DNA from: an uncultured delta proteobacterium
GTDB lineage: Bacteria > Myxococcota_A > Polyangia > Polyangiales > B10-G4
Length of the DNA: 64,000 bases
Reading direction: 5' to 3'
NCBI GenBank assembly: GCA_963727445.1
Contig: CAVSGI010000008.1
Location: 542,350-606,349 of the forward strand
Below are positions 61,922 to 64,000 of the stretch, piece after piece (positions within the stretch are counted from its first letter, which is position 1; each line of letters opens with the position of its first letter). The translations under genes were made by a program, and so were the position numbers. The notes beneath the pieces are model-generated. The model was not told the origin of the DNA, ran no database searches, and saw only the letters and a list, made by a program, of their open reading frames with translations.

Positions 61922-63421
61922 CTAACGACTGAGCTCTCGGTAATGGAGCTCGCCCCGATCCATGGAGTCGCCGATGACGATGGCGAGGTTGCCGCTCGGC
62001 AGACGCTCGAGGTCGAGGGTCATGAAGGTGGAGGTGGTGGAAGAAGGGAGGAAGCTGGCGTCGAACCAGGTGGTGCGCGTGTACCCGCCGCTGGGCATTC
62101 GAACGATGAGGGAGATGGAGTGGTTGCTGGAGCTGTGGACGAGGAGAGCCGGGTTGCCGTCCTGGTCCAGCGCCATGTCGATGTCGGAGTGGGCGCCAGC
62201 GGAGGAGCCGGTGAAGGAGACGGGCTCGCCCAGGCCGCCGTCGCTGCGATCGAGTCGGCCCGCGGTGGTGCTGCCGGTGAACATGGTGAGGACGCCGTCA
62301 CCACCGAGAGCGGCTGCGGACTGACCGTGCGTCGAGACCGAGGAGCTCGCGGCGAGGAAGGCGAGGGGCGCGCCGCTGAGGTCGAAGTCCTCGAAGTAGT
62401 CGCTCGAGCCCGGGAAGTCGTGAACCCCCAGGAAGAAGCCGTCGTCGCGGGCGAAGAGCTCGCTGCGCGAGTAGGCGCTGGCGGTGAGGGCCGTCGGGAG
62501 ATCGGCCCACGTCCCGGTGGACGCGTCGAAGCGCGACATGGCGAGGCCGAGGGTGCCGTCGCCGGAGCGGGCCGATGCGCCCGCGACGAGATCTCCGCCC
62601 GGCGCTCGCGAGATCGACACGGCTGACTCGAAGGCGAAGACGTCGGGCGGACCCGTGCGCAGGGACGTCGAAGTGAACGTGGTCCCGGCGGGAGCGCGGG
62701 TGAAGAGCGTGAAGGTGCCGCTTCGACCGATGCCTGCCTGGTGCACGGCGACGTAGACCGTTCCATCCGGCGCCACCGCAATGTCCGCGTCGTCTTCGTT
62801 TCCCGAGCTCGTCGCGACGACGGCCGAGGTGGGCGTGGTCGAACCAGCCGGCAGAGTCGCGAGGCGGATCCTGTCCGCGCCGACCTGATAGACCACGAAG
62901 ACGTCGCCCGCAGCGTCGAAGCCGATCTCGGGCGCGTGCCCCGCGGGCGCGAGCGTCAGGTCGCGCGCATAGGTGAAGGGGCAGCAGGTCGTGCCGCAAG
63001 GCAGCGCGCCCCCATCACAGACGCAATGGCCGCTGACACAGCTCGCCGAGGGGCCACATTCGGCCGAGGTCGTGCACGAGGAGGGGATCACGAAGCCGGC
63101 GTCGGCGGGACCGGTGTCGGTAGGACCGGTGTCGGCGGGACCGGTGTCGGTGGAACCGGTGTCGATGGGACCGGTGTCGGTGGGACCGGTGTCGGTGGGG
63201 GTGGCGTCGGCGGGACCTACCTCGGTGCCCGAATCGATCGGCCGCGCGTCGAGGGGCGTGCTGCCATCGGTCGGCGTGGAGGCGTCCGGCGTCCGGGCGT
63301 CCGGCGGGGTCGAGGTGTCGCCTCCGGCGTCCGCCGGCTCGGCAGAGCCGCAGGCGACGAGGGACAGGGTCGATGCGAGGGTCGCGAAGACCGCGACGTG
63401 ACGGTGTGTGTATCGCTTCAT
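61922..63421 (-). CDS. Lipoprotein with (DTGPx)n linker, Cys-rich EGF-like module and beta-rich C-terminus
   Basis: Lipobox LVAC; CTTSAEC..C..GHCVC..CGTTCC. Confidence 0.7.
   Translation of the reverse strand: MKRYTHRHVAVFATLASTLSLVACGSAEPADAGGDTSTPPDARTPDASTPTDGSTPLDARPIDSGTEVGPADATPTDTGPTDTGPIDTGSTDTGPADTGPTDTGPADAGFVIPSSCTTSAECGPSASCVSGHCVCDGGALPCGTTCCPFTYARDLTLAPAGHAPEIGFDAAGDVFVVYQVGADRIRLATLPAGSTTPTSAVVATSSGNEDDADIAVAPDGTVYVAVHQAGIGRSGTFTLFTRAPAGTTFTSTSLRTGPPDVFAFESAVSISRAPGGDLVAGASARSGDGTLGLAMSRFDASTGTWADLPTALTASAYSRSELFARDDGFFLGVHDFPGSSDYFEDFDLSGAPLAFLAASSSVSTHGQSAAALGGDGVLTMFTGSTTAGRLDRSDGGLGEPVSFTGSSAGAHSDIDMALDQDGNPALLVHSSSNHSISLIVRMPSGGYTRTTWFDASFLPSSTTSTFMTLDLERLPSGNLAIVIGDSMDRGELHYRELSR
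63098..63216 (-). repeat. 15-bp degenerate tandem repeat encoding (xDTGP)n
   Basis: GGACCGGTGTCGG recurs at 15-nt period. Confidence 0.85.
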
Positions 63422-63441
63422 TTCGTCGCGCCGCTAGGCGG

Positions 63442-64000
63442 TCACATCGTCTCGCAGCCCACGCCGAGGTCGCTGGGGATCACGATCTTCGCCGTCGTGG
63501 TCTGCAGGCGCGTGACGCCGTCGCCGCGCAGGACGATCGACAGGTAGTAGAACTGCGGATCGGGGCCGCGTGGGAAGAGCTCGTTCTGGAGCAGGACGCG
63601 GAACACCACGCGCGTCCCCGGGAGCACGTCGTCGAAGCGGTCGCCGCGGTCGGTAGCGCCATCGCGGGGAACGGCCCGGACGGTCTCGAGTGCGCGGACG
63701 AACATGGTAGCGTCGAAGTCGTCGCCGGGGGCGTCCTCGGCGAGGATGTCGATGTCGATGGGCACCTCTTCTACGAGGGTGCGCACCGTCTCCACCACGC
63801 CCGTGTCGAGACGTCGCGCGTCGGCTCCGATGTCGAAGACGATGGGGGCGCCGTCCGGGGTCACCGCGCCGGTGTCCCGCGCGATCGCGTTGAGGTCGCC
63901 GAGCGCCTCCATGTCGGTACCGCCCGAGAAGAGGCCGAGCACCTTGCCGCCGATGCCGCGCATCGCATTCATGGCCTCGTTGTAGGTGTGCGCATAGGCA
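63442..64000 (-). CDS. C-terminal part of a hypothetical secreted protein (partial, possibly VWA-associated)
   Basis: Open frame to the window edge; A..TGA, F.DV.PGT.V.F.V...N, IVIP pattern. Confidence 0.55.
   Translation of the reverse strand, partial: AYAHTYNEAMNAMRGIGGKVLGLFSGGTDMEALGDLNAIARDTGAVTPDGAPIVFDIGADARRLDTGVVETVRTLVEEVPIDIDILAEDAPGDDFDATMFVRALETVRAVPRDGATDRGDRFDDVLPGTRVVFRVLLQNELFPRGPDPQFYYLSIVLRGDGVTRLQTTTAKIVIPSDLGVGCETM

Overview
A very GC-rich, gene-dense bacterial chromosome segment. Gene content points to Myxococcota, probably Polyangiales/Sandaracinaceae-like (inference): many Hanks kinases, FHA and sigma54 activators, Cys/Asp-rich lipoproteins, and an F0-only atp cluster next to hemL. 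About 52 CDS. Housekeeping: larB end/larC, pyrR-pyrB, ccmE, atpZ-I-B-E, hemL, two SurA/PrsA-type chaperones, mfd. Also a MoxR-DUF58-BatABCDE operon, several giant kinase/STAND/sigma54 signalling proteins, and a DUF4178-DUF350-membrane aminopropyltransferase-Tat flavin oxidase operon. I saw no rRNA, tRNA, CRISPR array or mobile element. About 8 small indels break or fuse genes, most likely long-read assembly errors. Best candidates for an undescribed system: (1) a translationally coupled pair of an exported lipoprotein with an atypical (HipA/PI3K/CotH-like) kinase motif set and a POTRA-less Omp85-like barrel (21926-25119); (2) the 7-gene membrane/periplasmic aminopropyl-transfer operon (42847-50350). 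Many operon-leading genes have a TAnnnT box 6-8 nt before the start codon, suggesting widespread leaderless mRNAs. All family calls come from motif recognition by eye; no searches were run.
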